DNA of 64,000 bases, taken from positions 53,816,001 through 53,880,000 of the forward strand of contig OX597832.1 in assembly GCA_951406725.2 (NCBI GenBank), read 5' to 3'. Source of the DNA: Octopus vulgaris (lineage: Eukaryota). The notes beneath the pieces were generated by a model. It was not told the origin of the DNA, did no database searches, and worked only from the letters and a program-made list of their open reading frames with translations. Positions 13,933 to 27,005 of the stretch are shown here, one piece after another. The translations under genes and the position numbers were made by a program. How positions within the stretch are numbered: the first letter of the stretch is position 1; each line of letters begins with the position of its first letter.

Positions 13933-14600
13933 ATATATATATATATATGTATACATATGTATATATATATATGTATATATATATACATATGTATATATAT
14001 ATATTACATACAAAAGTTTAAAATGTTCTGAAAAAGGTAAGGAATTACAAAATTACAAAACAAAAGAATATGAATTGAATTAAGGAAATTTATTTAATAA
14101 TTAACAAGTAAACATTAAACAGATATTATGGGAAGATATTGTCAAATTGATGGCATTTTTTTTTTTTTTTTTTTTTTTTCTTTAAAAAATGTTGCAGTCT
14201 TCATTTATAATCAGCTATTCATTTTGCCATGTGTATTTAATAGGTGCTGAAATTGAACTGTCAGCTTTTACGTCACGCAGGCTTCAGTACAGCTGTTTAT
14301 TATTTATTTCACAGACAAATATTATAAACCCATTTGTTACCATGTTCCTGTTGAGATATGTTACTTTTGTTCCAGTTAGTCTTGAAAAACAATGAAGGGA
14401 TTTGTAGAATACTGTCGCAGTTATTAAGGTGTCCACAAGATGGAATCTTGAGGTAGGTTTTTTTTAAAAAATTTAGATCACTTTAAAACAGGTCCCTTTT
14501 ATCATAGAACCAGGTGTGGTGGTCTCTGGCAGTGAGTTGCTATCATCAGATTTCTTATGTCATTAGTTGCTGCCAAATTAAGTTGAAACTCATCAGAAAC

Positions 14601-15018
14601 TATGCCAATTAAATGTCTTCATTTTTTTATTGTAAATACCATTTCAATTAACAATCAGCTGTACAAGCCGACAAGAGAACCACTACATGGTCCCTCAATT
14701 AGCTGGAAATAGCAGCCAAATCTCTCTCAAATCAAACTTTATGGTCTTAAAAAAAAAGGAATGACACACTGAATAATGTGGCCCTAGATAAATGGGACAG
14801 GGTGATCGTTATGCCAATTAAATGTCTTCATTTTTTTATTGTAAATACCATTTCAATTAACAATCAGCTGTACAAGCCGACAAGAGAACCACTACATGGT
14901 CCCTCAATTAGCTGGAAATAGCAGCCAAATCTCTCTCAAATCAAACTTTATGGTCTTAAAAACAATGGAATGACACACTGAATAATGTGGCCCTAGATAA
15001 ATGTGACAGGGTGATCAT
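14601..15018. repeat. Tandem duplication, 2 x ~209 bp
   Basis: tatgccaattaaatgtcttc...gggtgatc starts at 14601 and again at 14810. Confidence 0.9.
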
Positions 15019-15509
15019 TGCTAGAATGTTTTTGATCATATCTTTGCTTGATTGGCACTGACCTGAGGCTTGAGTAACAATAAAACAAACCCTAGTATGA
15101 TTTATTATTGTGACGATGGATAATAGCCTTGTACTCTGCATGAAACGTGAATCATCAGTTCAGTTATATTTTTGCCAAATATAGGTTTCAAATTTTGGCA
15201 CAAGGCCAGCAATTTCGGGGAAGGGGGATAAGTCAAGCACATCACCCCCAATGCTTGACTTATACTTGGTTTATCAACCCTGAAAGGATGAAGGCAAAGT
15301 TGACCTTGACGGCATTTTGAACTTAGAACGTGAAGCCAGAATTGCATGCCAAATATCGCATCTGAGGATGAATAGAGGAGGCAAAATGTGTTTTCCGACA
15401 AAAAAAATATATTTTAAAATTGTGTTTTAGAAAAATTAAAAAAATCAATAAAGCCCAAATTTGTATCTATGACTACTACTACTTCCATTACCACTACTAC
15501 AACAGGTAG

Positions 15510-16190
15510 GTAATTTATCTGTGTCTGATAACCACAAAGCCCTTGTTTTCAGTGACTCTACAGTCCAAGCTGGAGGCTCATGGGTGCCCACAGATGTCGC
15601 AGTGATAGTCTGTTGACTGGATTGAGGCAGATGCTGCTCTGTGATGCCTTTCCTTTGTAGCATCGAGATGCTATTGCTTGTCTTCTTTTACGGAAGCTGC
15701 AGTTCAAAAGGTGAAAGACTTCCACATTGATCTGCCTGTGGCAGAAGCTTTGTGTTTGTGTGGCCAAATGCTGCTCCATTTGAGGTTATTTTTCAGAATG
15801 CCTTTGTACTTTAGCTTAGATCTTCCTCGCTCGCATGAGCCCTGCATGAGCTCACTGTACAACAGCTGTCTGGGTGCACAGTTGTCAGTCATTCTGATGA
15901 CATGGCCAGTCCAGCGTACCTGAGCCTTCAGCAACATTGATTCAATGCTTGTTGAACAAGCTCTGTCCAGTGCCTTTTGGTTTGTTACACTGTCCTGTCA
16001 GCGAATGCCCATGATCCTGTGCAGTGCCATTACGTGAAACTGTCCCATCTGTTTGACGTGCCAATACTATAGGATCCATATTTGACATCCACAGATGTAA
16101 TGTAGAAATGACTACAGCCTTGTAGATCTTGAGCTTTGTTGATAGTCTTATGCCATTCTGCTGGCAGAAGGCTGACAATTTTAGTGGGAA
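15510..16190 (-). mobile_element. 3' fragment of an RTE (BovB-like) LINE
   Basis: Minus-strand peptides RLSTKLKIYKAVVISTL and LLKAQVRWTGHVIRMTDNCAPRQLLYSELMQG..RGRSKLKYKGILKNNLK. Confidence 0.8.
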
Positions 16191-16769
16191 GTGGCAGGGG
16201 CATAGTCAGGTATATCAAACCCTAGTACTTGACTGATACTTCATTTTATTGATCCTGAAAGGATGAAAGGCAAAGTTGACCTTAGCAGGTTTTGAACTAA
16301 AAATGGGGCCAGTCGACTAGGTCGACCTCAGTATGCAACTGGTACTTAATTTATCGACCCTGAAAGAATGAAAGGCAATGTTGACCTCGGCGGAATTTGA
16401 ACTAAGAAGCTTGCCATTTTAATAATAATGATAATAATGGTTTTTTTTTTTTAATTTTAGCATAAGGCCAGTAAGTTCAAGGGAGAGAGATGGGGGTAAG
16501 TTGATTACATCAACCCAGTCCACAACTGAGGTTTACTTTATCAACCCCGTAAAGATGAAAAGCAAAGTTGACCTCAGTGGAATTTGAACTCGGAACTATG
16601 AAGGCAGATGAATTGCCAATAAGCATTTTACCTGGCATGCTAACAATTCTGCCAGCTCATCACCTCAATAATAATAATAATAATAATAATAAAGCATGTT
16701 GTCGTACACCTGAACAGTGTAGAAATGTATGATCATTAGCAAAACTAAATCTAACAATGTATACAATAG

Positions 16770-17392
16770 GCTTGTTAATATAAATATACCTGAGCAGAGT
16801 ATACAACAGGCTTCTTAATAACCTGAGCAGTGTATGCAATAAGCTTAATATAAATATACCTGAGCAGCGTATACAAGTCTTGTTAATATAAACATACCTG
16901 AGCAATGTATAAAATAGGTTTGTTAATATAAACATACCTGAGCAGCGTATACAAGTCTTGTTAATATAAACATACCTGAGCAGCGTATACAAGTCTTGTT
17001 AATATAAACATACCTGAGCAATGTATAAAATAGGTTTGTTAATATAAACATACCTGAGCAGCGTATACAAGAGGTTTGTTAATATAAACATACCTGAGCA
17101 GCGTATACAAGAGGTTTGTTAATATAAACATACCTGGGCAGTGTATACAAGAGGTTTGTTAATATAAACATACCTGGGCAGTGTATACAAGAGGTTTGTT
17201 AATATAAACATACCTGGGCAGCGTATACAAGAGGTTTGTTAATATAAACATACCTGGGCAGTGTATACAAGAGGTTTGTTAATATAAACATACCTGGGCA
17301 GTGTATACAAGAAGTTTGTTAATATAAACATACCTGGGCAGTGTATGCATTAAGCTTAATATAAATAAACCTGAGCAGTGCAATAAGCTTGT
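16770..17392. repeat. Minisatellite with a ~40-41-bp unit, about 15 copies
   Basis: The unit gttaatataaacatacctg(a/g)gcag(c/t)gtatacaagaggttt repeats head-to-tail with no spacers. Confidence 0.93.
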
Positions 17393-17559
17393 TAGTATAA
17401 CAGATTTCGGTGACAGTTTATAAAGTCTCACCTTCCATTCCCATATTTCATAAATGTTAATCGTAAGAAAATTATTGAAGATATTTGAATATATTTTGAT
17501 ATTACAATTTAGTTGGATATTGTGCAAAGAATTCTAATGTCATGGAACATAAAATAAGT

Positions 17560-18732
17560 TTAAGGCTTATTTAATTTTCCCATGAACAAAATCATTTGTG
17601 ATCTTTTGTCAACTATAAGGAACACAAATGGATGATTTGCAATGAATTTCAGTGGTGGCATCCTCACCATTGCACACCGAGTCATGACAATTGCTGCTGT
17701 TGCTGCTGCTGCTTCCGTACCTTCTTCATTGACCTCCACAAATGCTTTATGAAATACTTCACTGACGTAGAGAGGGCAATTGCTAATACCTGACAAATCA
17801 GCTTTCTGTTGGTCAAAAAGGTCTGCCATTCCTAAAGATACCAGATGTTGTTTTAATTCAAAACTAGATTCCATTTTGAATTTTGGTAGCTTTACTTCGA
17901 CTTCCCCAGAGTGAAATTGCTGGTTTTCTATAATGGACTGAAGAAAATCTGACGATATACTTTTATGTAATGCTTCGATGCCATCAATCTGGTTTGGTAG
18001 GATTATATACATACTCAGGCAAGAACCTTCATAAGGTAACTCTAGAATCTGGCAATCGTGTTTAGAATCCTGTCTCAACCTGAATGATTTCTTTATAAAC
18101 ATCATATCAACTGGAACTTTCTCTGTTGAACTTTTGAAAAAATCTTCCGATTTTGTCAAACTGGGATTAAATTTATTGCCCCAGTTTCCTTTAAAATATA
18201 TAGCATTCACTAAAACAAGAGCAGTATTAGAATTTAAATAACCATCGGGAATAATATCTTTGATTTTATCTTTTGTAATATCTTGAACCCAGTTATTAAT
18301 TTTCTTAGCAGCATCTTTCGGTGCCTGGCCAAAATCCAAATTTTCACTGAGAGAATGATACATCTCCTTGATTTCTTCAAAATATTTAGTAAGTAGCTCA
18401 AAATTAATGTTGATATACATACGGTTTGCAGTATGCAAGTCAAAATTTTTAATTTCTTCCAACAGGCTAATATATTTTCTATGGGCATCATGAACCACTG
18501 TTTTTGTTGATCCATCAATCTGGAGTGTTTTTTCCATCTGTGAAGCAGTATTTTGTCTGGCTCCAGCGTATACCATCGATAAAGCAACAAAAATACTGTA
18601 AGGAGATACAAATATATTTTTGTCTTCGCCTTCATATGTTTTAAGGGTATTGTACAAGTCATAAGTAAATTTAGTTAAAGATGAACCGACACCCAATACA
18701 TTTTCATCCAATTTTGCAATATTTCTCGCCAT
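17560..18732 (-). CDS. Intracellular serpin (clade B / leukocyte elastase inhibitor-like), inhibitory-type hinge, predicted P1-P1' Arg-Cys
   Basis: 390-aa ORF with NIFVSPYSI, INNWV..TKDKIKD, LVLVNAIYFKGNW, LPKFKME, EVNEEGTEAAAATAAIVMTRC and FIANHPFVFLI. No signal peptide. Single coding exon with acceptor ttcag| at 18754-18755. Confidence 0.95.
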   Translation of the reverse strand: MARNIAKLDENVLGVGSSLTKFTYDLYNTLKTYEGEDKNIFVSPYSIFVALSMVYAGARQNTASQMEKTLQIDGSTKTVVHDAHRKYISLLEEIKNFDLHTANRMYININFELLTKYFEEIKEMYHSLSENLDFGQAPKDAAKKINNWVQDITKDKIKDIIPDGYLNSNTALVLVNAIYFKGNWGNKFNPSLTKSEDFFKSSTEKVPVDMMFIKKSFRLRQDSKHDCQILELPYEGSCLSMYIILPNQIDGIEALHKSISSDFLQSIIENQQFHSGEVEVKLPKFKMESSFELKQHLVSLGMADLFDQQKADLSGISNCPLYVSEVFHKAFVEVNEEGTEAAAATAAIVMTRCAMVRMPPLKFIANHPFVFLIVDKRSQMILFMGKLNKP

Positions 18733-18947
18733 AGTGTTGAGTGTAACAAATATCTGAAATGGTAAATGAAAATAAGCATTATTTTAGCTGTTCAAAACAT
18801 TGTTCTGTAATAATATTTCAGAGAAATTTTTCATCAAACGGTTGTTTATTTAATACTTATTAGTGGATAAAAAGTATGTTTTACCACGTGCAGTATATAC
18901 ATATACCCATTATTTAAACATTTTTTTCTTTTTTTGTTTAGGCATAG

Positions 18948-19366
18948 AGGATCTTTTCGGATTGAACGGCAGTTTTTAACATAATTTCTAGGTAACTAAA
19001 AAATTTTTAATTTCGTATACTGGTAGAATGTGTTTATAAAACATCTTTTTCACTTGGCTTTATTGAGAAAATTCTATAGTTTGTAAGATATTTGTTGTTT
19101 TTTCTTCAATTTCTGCAATTTCAACCAATCACTCACATCTATTGAGGTAAAAAAAACATTCTGTGCCATATGAATATGTCCCTCGTTTAAGAAACAGATT
19201 GGGTTTGTTTACATTTGGGAACAAAAAAAGATACCCTTCCGCCCACCCCTAACCCTGACCCTAAAACAGATTGAAATGCAATAGATCGATACTAGGGTCG
19301 TAATTATGGGTGACAATTTCATATGACACCGCTAGAAAAAAACTGCCGTTCAAACCGAAAAGATCC
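18948..19366. mobile_element. Merlin-type MITE, family ggatcttttcgg, in the serpin 5' intron/upstream region
   Basis: TIR ggatcttttcgg(a/t)ttgaacggcagttttt, 8-bp TSD ggcataga, internal CCCTAA repeats. Confidence 0.88.
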
Positions 19367-20876
19367 GGCATAGAGAGAAGTGAAACTCCATCCCACTATC
19401 AGAATTCATCGGCAACTCAACGAACCATACATTAAATGACCCCAACAATCATCTAGAACTTAAAGAACTTCAGAATAAACAACCCGCTATGGTCAGCTGA
19501 AATAGTGTTGCAAAGGCAAAACTTAAAATGGGAAAGGCAGTGGGGACAACTTATGCATAACAGAAAAACTAAATGTATTAACTTTACAAGTAAACATGTT
19601 TTTAGAACGGAAAGAAACCTTCTCCACCTGTCCACAAGCCAATGCTGTCAAACCACATACTTTTAAGCACTTCTCTGGTCTAGAAAAGTCTCAGCTCCAG
19701 CCTGTCTCATCCTGTAGCTTTTCCTCCTCTATATGAGTTATCTCCCTTGTTTTCTCAAACCACCCCCACCAACATTGATATATCCACCAGACACCCTAAC
19801 AATCTCCATATTAGGGGATGAATACATACTATAATCCCCTTCCCTTTCTCTAATATCCCTTTTCCCTTCAACCCCTATATCAAACACCAAGACCTTACAA
19901 TCAAGACATCTACATCTATATCCATGTTTTTATTTTGGTTTCAAATTCTGCCACAAGACCAGCAATTTCAAGGGAGGGTTTTAAGTTGATTGCTTTGACC
20001 CTCCAGTGCTCAACTGGTACTTCTTTTATCGACCCCGAAAGGATGGACAGTAAAGTCAACCTCAGCAGAATTCGAATTCAGAACGTAAAGACAGACAAAA
20101 ATGCTACCAGGCTTTAGTCCAGTGTACAAACAATTCTACCAACTCGCTGCCTTGTCTATGTTCTGTATTGGAATACATCTCATTACTTCAACATAAAAAC
20201 CATATGGCGTCTGGACATAAAACAAGATGAACTGTCATGAACTCTAGGCATCAACTTCCTATGGCCAACACATTATTATGAAATAAAATATAAACTGTCA
20301 CAATCTAAGTGTTGCCAAATAGAGAAGTGTCTGTTCACAGGAGGAGTAATATGACACCAGACCTGGGCACATATGGAAGTTTCTTAATTGAAACAGTTGT
20401 TATGTTGCTTTGTCACTCTCCTTTCCTACTCCGTCTACAACACCAAAAATTACCGAGTCCTCAAAGGTTACTTTTATAGATACCATTTATGCATCATACA
20501 ATCGCAATCTCCCATTGGTTTATTCCTTTATCAATTTTTCCTTTTATTTGCTTATTTCAGCTGTTGAACCATCCATTGGGTCCATTTCACTTCAAAACTC
20601 TGCTTCATCCAACTCACCTCATTCAATCATCACCACCACCACCACCACAACCACAACTTTAATGTCCACTTTCCCATGCCTGCATGGGTCAAATGAAGGT
20701 AATTAATTCTGTTCTACCAAACTTAAAACCATTTCACTATAGAAATCAGTCTGTTGACATTGTTTTGTTTGCTAGTTTCCTTTGTGTCATGATTCACAAT
20801 GAAGACAAATACAACCATAAAAAATCAATACTTTTCGAAAATAACTTATTCTACACAACTTGCTTGCTTTTCTCAG

Positions 20877-21043
20877 CTGTTTGTAAACTCTTTCTGTGGA
20901 TATTATTGTAAAAACTTGCCCAATACAAATCTGAAATCAATCCTCAGTCAAGTCTGTATTTGGATAAGTCTTAACAAAGATGTTAAAGAAACGAGATGGA
21001 TTTGTCTTGCTGTTCATAGTTGTTACCCTACAAACTATAACAG
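20877..21043 (+). other. Putative non-coding 5' UTR exon of the duplicated serpin (mirror copy at ~42936-43102, -)
   Basis: Acceptor cttgcttttctcag| and donor cag|gtatgt, both preserved in the two arms. Confidence 0.4.
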
Positions 21044-21439
21044 GTATGTTTGCGTTCATATATATATATATATATATATATACATACACATTCACCACTA
21101 ATTTGTATTATATTTTAGTATATATACATGTAATATATTGTTTGTTTTTATGTTCAGTTATATTAAAAACAGTTTTACTTTAATCTGATGGATTACTCTG
21201 TACTTTTGTAGAGTACAAATTTATTATTCTTAAACAAGAATGTTGTTGACAGTGACTTCGTAGTTTTGGCCAGCTAAGACATCATTGGACTGTGAAGCAT
21301 TAGAGTTAGTTTGAACTTCATATATTTTCTTTGGGTGTGTGGGTTTGAGTTGGGTGGTAATTAGGCTTTTGTGGTAGGTTGTCATGGACAAGTGTTTGGG
21401 AAAAATTTTTAATTGATTAGAACAGTTACGAGATAGTTT

Positions 21440-21978
21440 TTATGGAATACCACATGTACTTCTGTAATGTGGCCATCATCTAATGTCATGGGGAACCAGA
21501 TTTGGAATAGCTTTTGGTGACTGTTCTTCCCAATTTGAAACAGTAGTACCACTTGTGACATTGCATACAGATCAAACAATCTTTCCCATAGGCCCGCTGG
21601 AACATTAGAAAAATCTCTGTAAAAGTTTTTTTCCCAAATTGAAATAGAACTTCATAAAAAAACTGATGCTTTTCCAAACCTTTCACTCTTCAATTAACAA
21701 CAAATCGCTACACACATGTTCACCAGCATATATTCATACGGCATACATTTTCATAGATATATATGTTCACTAGACATATTTATTCATAATAGTTATATGT
21801 TCACTTGATATATCTTCATTAGACATATGTTCACTATAACCAAAGACTTTTTCATATGGCTGTTATTTAACTGAAAGTCAAGATCACCCATATAACAGCA
21901 TCACAGTCATAAACCCATTGCACCAGATGGTTGGTGCAGTTTTAAAAGTTTGGGTTCATTAATGGACAAACCTTGTAA
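21440..21978 (-). mobile_element. Mariner transposon 5' fragment
   Basis: Peptide FQFGKKTFTEIFLMFQRAYGKDCL..QCHKWY.CFKLGR...SKSGSP matches the mariner N-terminal HTH. A TIR-like end tacaaggtttgtcc lies at ~21978. Confidence 0.65.
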
Positions 21979-22714
21979 TCTTTTATTTCATCCAATCTTT
22001 TGCTCTCTCTCTCTCCTGCCCCTATTTGCCCACTCATCATTTTTCTCCTTTCTAAATATTGGGAAATCATGCAATCCTACCTTCACACTTTATCCCCTCA
22101 TCTTCTAGCATAAAGTCAACATCCCTTCCCTTGGGGGTTTGTAGTCTCACAAGCTGCATGGCAAACTCACTAGAGCTGATGGCATGGAAGAAAAAAAAAA
22201 CCTACCCCATACATGATGTAAAGTGGTTGGCATTAGGAAGGGGTCATCCAGCTGTAGAAACATTACCAAAGCAGAAGTAAAAGAGCACAATGCAGTTCTT
22301 GGACCCATCAGACCCTAGCAACTCATCCAACCCATGCCGGCATGGAGCATGGACAGTAAATGGTGATGATTACGATGATGAAATATGTCAGTTCAACTAA
22401 ACTGTTGTTGAAATATTGTTGTCCTATTTTTGGGACTTCCAACTAAATATGTGCCACGGTCGAATTGAGCTCATTACCCCTTTAATTTAATACTTCTATT
22501 GTAATTGCTGATCTAAATATTGGTTTAGAAAGATTTATGAAGCTGCTTGAAGGTGATAATTTTGGAGTGAGAATACAATTAAATCGATTATGTAATTAAT
22601 GAATAAGTTTTTGGTGTTCACTATTAATTTGGTCTGAAATTATTTTGTGCTTGTGGAATTCTTAAATAAACTAAATTGCACTTTTTAATTTTTATAGAAA
22701 TTAATAGCAGGAAG

Positions 22715-23862
22715 ATGAACTCATCCAACCAGAACCAAGAGATTAAAAACCTGGCTGCATCAATTGATCATTTTACATCCAGCCTTTTTCAAGAAATGGT
22801 CATAGGAACCAATGAAAATGTCTTCATGTCCCCCTTCAGTGTTGCTACCATTTTATCAATGGTTTATTTGGGAGCAAAACAAAACTCAGCTGAGCAGTTG
22901 AAGAATGTTTTGAAAGTAACTTCAACACCAAATGATTTAGCTTTGGCTTATAAAAAATATTTTTTCAGTTCAGAAGAATTCAAATGAAGCTAACATGAGT
23001 AAATCGGTGAATCGTTTGTACGTTGAGGATAAATTCCCTGTTTCAGAAAGCTATAAGCACAAGATTTCAGAATATTTTTTCACGGATGTTAAAAATGTAG
23101 ATTTCTTTAAAAATGCTGAAAGAATAAGAATTGATATTAATAAGTGGGTGAAGAATGAGACTTATAACAAAATCACAGATCTTTTACCAAGTAAAAGTTT
23201 GTCCTCTGATACAGTGTTACTTCTCATTAATGCCATGCACTTTGAAGGAATGTGGGCTGCAAGATTCCCAGAAAGAGTAACATCATCTAGAGAGTTTCAT
23301 CTAAGTTCTGGCAAGACTGTATCTTGTGATTCTATGTTTATATCTGAAGATTTTAATACCAAAATAAGCCAGAACTATAAAGCTGTAGAGTTACCTTACA
23401 TGGGAGTGAAATTTAGTATGTTTGTAATTCTTTCTAATAAAATGGATGGTCTTGCTGCTTTAGAGAAGGAAATTAATGCACAATTTCTCAAAGAAACTAA
23501 AGAGAGAAAAGGCTTTGAACGATTATCTCTGGAGTTATATTTACCAAAGTTTCATTTTCAAAGTGCTTTCGAGTTATCTGATACTTTACAAAAACTTGGT
23601 CTTTCTGATATTTTTGATGCCAGCAAAGCGAATTTATCAGGAATAAGTAGTGAGAAGGATTTGTATGTGAGTAAATTCTTTCATAAAACATTTATTGATG
23701 TAAATGAAAAAGGAACAGATGCTCATGCCGCAAGCGGAGAAGTGGTAATTAATCCAGACTGGAACGAAATTTGATGTTAATCACCCGTTCATATTTTTAA
23801 TTGCTGACAGAAGAACTGAATTGATTTATTTCATCGGCAAGGTAACAAACCCAGCAGCTTAA
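22715..23862 (+). pseudogene. Frameshifted copy of the serpin at 37249..36092
   Basis: Near-identical to the intact copy, but with one extra T in the run at 22960-22965 and an 11-nt deletion (tatcagcccag) in the reactive centre loop at ~23757. Confidence 0.88.
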
Positions 23863-25291
23863 GAACATTTCCCTTCCCATCACCCTATCAAGAAATGGTA
23901 AAATGATAAACCTTACAACATTATAAGGTCTCAGAATTTTAACAAAGTAGATTTGATTGAAATTATTCAAAAACTTTATTGGGAATACCAAATAAAAAGT
24001 TTTTAAAATACATTGAAAGCTATGTATGAGTTTGTTCATTTTTATTTGGTCACCATCACTGGTGAAAATGTTCAGTTTTTATGTTGATGTCAAAAGAATT
24101 TATAAACTTATGAGAGGACATGAATTAATTCCTTTTTGGAATTGGCTCTCAAAGCACACATAAATCTATAAATAACAGCACATAAGTATTTGGTTGAAAA
24201 AATCATGGATAGCAAAAGACAGAGGCTGCCTTCAATATTTTCCATCCAAAATAACTTTTCAATCCAGTATTTATTTGCTATTATTTATAGCTTTATGTCT
24301 GTTTCGAGAGCCAGTTTAAAAAAAAATGCAAAATCTGATTTTTTTTTTCTTAATGAGAGATTGTTATCAGAAACTAAGAAAAAAAAACAATTCAAAAGAT
24401 TATGTAAATGATATACAGCTATCATAATGGGTAGCAATAGATAAAATAGACAAGTGAAATGTTGTCTGGATATATCGGTAGGAAGGTTTAGTTTTGTGAA
24501 GTGGAGGCTTGTATTAATACTAATTCTGTTTATTACATAGTTGTGATATATTTTATAGTTTATGGTATGGTCCTTTAGAGACATGGAGTTTATTTACAAA
24601 ATGATATTCCTTACTCGACACATTGCATAAATCAGAGATCAATGGACTCTCTTCAGGTTGAGCCACTACTTTTCCACATCAACAGATCACAGATTTGGGG
24701 CTACAGATGTGTGATTAGAATGTCAGAGAAGAAAAATTGCAAGACAGATTCTTCAAGCCAAGCCAAGCCAGCTGAGAGGAAACTTAGAGGTAGAGCATAA
24801 GTGAGATGGTTGGATAAAATTCATAGTTATAATCAGCCACACTTGAGAATCCATCCAGGAAGCGGAAAGAAGGAGTTTCCTGAAGAATCTACTCCCCACA
24901 ACCAGCAGGAATAGGATAATATCCATAGTCTTAGTTGTGCTTGGGAACTCAGCCAGAAATATCTAATGATGGTTGCTTCTTATAGTATGTAATGGAGGAG
25001 GTGCCTGGTGATTCTATTCCCATGGCTCTACCAGGAAGATGGCAGGTTAGATGGAGCAATATTCCAGTTTAGCTTAATGAATAAGACAGCAGTAATGGTA
25101 CACAAGAACTGCAGAAGGAGTAGAGAGATAAGGTAAGGGGTTAGTGTGGGTGGTCTAGTAATGTGGTAACATTGTATCAAAGACAGAATGTCTTGAAAAA
25201 GATCTGGTTAAAGAAAGTGGGTAATTGAAAACAGCGGTGCCCCAGCATGGCTGCAGCTCTGAGCTGAAACCAATTAAAGAATTATTGTAGT

Positions 25292-25509
25292 TAACCCTTT
25301 AACATTCAGATTATTGTGGTAAATCTAAGGCTTATTTATTTACATTGTCTTGGATTAACCATAAATTATCTTGTACGTTCCAAGAGTTTGAAGATGTGGG
25401 CATTTATTTTTAGAAGGACATTGTAGGGTAGGTGTGAGAGGCCACTTTGAACATAAAACGGTTAGAATATTTTGGTTGGGTAATGTTGGTTTAAATGCCA
25501 AAGTGTTAA
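25292..25509. mobile_element. piggyBac-type MITE (relatives at 34433-34650, 41838-42315, 57870-58095 and 63395-63590)
   Basis: ttaa-ccctttaacattcag...aatgccaaagtg-ttaa. Confidence 0.6.
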
Positions 25510-25883
25510 ACTTGTAAAATATATATTCTCATTTCATGAAGAGCCTTTTATTTCATTATTCTTTAAAGATACCAAAATAAATAGGGTTCTTAATGACTCT
25601 TTATCCAGTTTTTATATTGTTTGGGTCAGGAAGTTAGAAAGAAGGAGAGAATTCTTTAGGATTTTTTTTTTTTCTTGTGTGCGTTAAAGAAAGCAGTCGG
25701 GTGACAAAGTGACAATATGATTTAGTCAACGATACTCAAGGAATTTTAAACACTTGTCTGATCCTTTTCAGAATCTCAGGCAATCTGAGAAACTACTGAC
25801 ATCACTTGATAGAATGTGTGCCTCTCCACAGACTTTGTTTCTTCATGAATGTTTGGAATATACTGTAATATAATATGATATAA

Positions 25884-25922
<39 letters not shown>

Positions 25923-25927
<5 letters not shown>

Positions 25928-26689
25928 ATATAAACGGCAGTTTGTCTGTGTGTGTTTCTGTGTGTTGGTTTTCTCGTACCCTCACCCTGACCACGGCTTT
26001 CAACCGATTCTGATGAAACTTGACACACACATAGCCCAATGTCATAATTCAAAACTAACGCAGCGAAAATTTTGAAAAGTTCCCCCAGTTCTGAAAAAAA
26101 TCGATAAATTCGACATGGGGTCGAGAATCAAAAGAAACAAAACCACAGACTGTCTAGGGGACGCAACTCAACCTTTTTTTAACTTTCAAAAAAAATTTAC
26201 CATCATTTTTTTCCCATTTTTTGCCATTTTTTGGCTATAACTCTCTAAAAATGCTTTATAGTTATTTCCCTTACAAACCTGAGCAACGCCGGGCGATACT
26301 GCTAGTATATATATATATAAACGGCAGTTTGTCTGTGTGCGTTTCTGTGTGTTTGTTTGGTTGTACCCTCACCCTGACCACTGCTTTCAACCGATTCTGA
26401 TGAAACTTGATACACACATAGCCCAATGTCATAATTCAAAACTAACGCAACGAAAATTTTGAAAAGTTCCCCCAGTTCTGAAAAAAATCGATAAATTCGA
26501 CATGGGGTCGAGAATCAGAAACACAAACCACAGACTGTCTAGGGAACGCAGCTCGACCTTTTTTAACTCTCAAAAAAATTTACCATCATTTTTTTCCCAT
26601 TGTTTTGCTATTTTTTGGCTATAACTCTCTAAAAATGCTATATAGTTATTTCCCTTACAAACCTGAGCAACGCCGGGCGATACTGCTAG
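25923..26689 (+). mobile_element. Head-to-tail dimer of a non-autonomous Helitron
   Basis: Units 25923-26305 and 26306-26689. The first starts with TC, and each ends in hairpin + CTAG|T. The 3' end is shared with 10418-10772. Confidence 0.82.
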
Positions 26690-26841
26690 TATATATATAT
26701 ATAATAGTATTTTCAATGAATACGTTTCAGACCTAATTGATTACGGTTATATTTGGAATTTGGAGAGAAAAGAAATAAGGGAGGCAACTCATCAAAATGT
26801 GTGAGGAGACAAAGTCGAAGAGTGAATTGGCCTACCTCTCA

Positions 26842-27005
26842 ATAATAATAATAATTGTGTACAGTGCTCAGGTGCACTACAACTCATCTAAGGTGTATAT
26901 ATAATCAGGTGTAGTTTCGGAAAGCATGAGGGCCTTAAAGGATGCAGTGTCATGGCAGTCAACAACTGACGCAGGCAGTTTATTCCATGCTTCAGCAACT
27001 CTATT
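26842..27005 (-). mobile_element. CR1/L2-type LINE 3' end
   Basis: Peptide RVAEAWNKLPASVVDCHDTASFKALM followed by a short UTR and an (ATT)n tail. Confidence 0.7.

Noticed and set aside
16770-17392. CRISPR-like regularly spaced repeats
   Set aside because: Units are contiguous with no unique spacers, there are no cas genes, and the context is eukaryotic.
22995-23774. 259-aa ORF as an independent short serpin
   Set aside because: It is the middle of the frameshifted copy and lacks the N-terminal helices and the C-terminal strands. The +1 T could be a homopolymer error, but the 11-nt deletion would still break the frame.
26795-26830. Hammerhead-like tgagga-gac-aaa-gtc-gaa
   Set aside because: No convincing helix I/III or cleavage triplet could be drawn.
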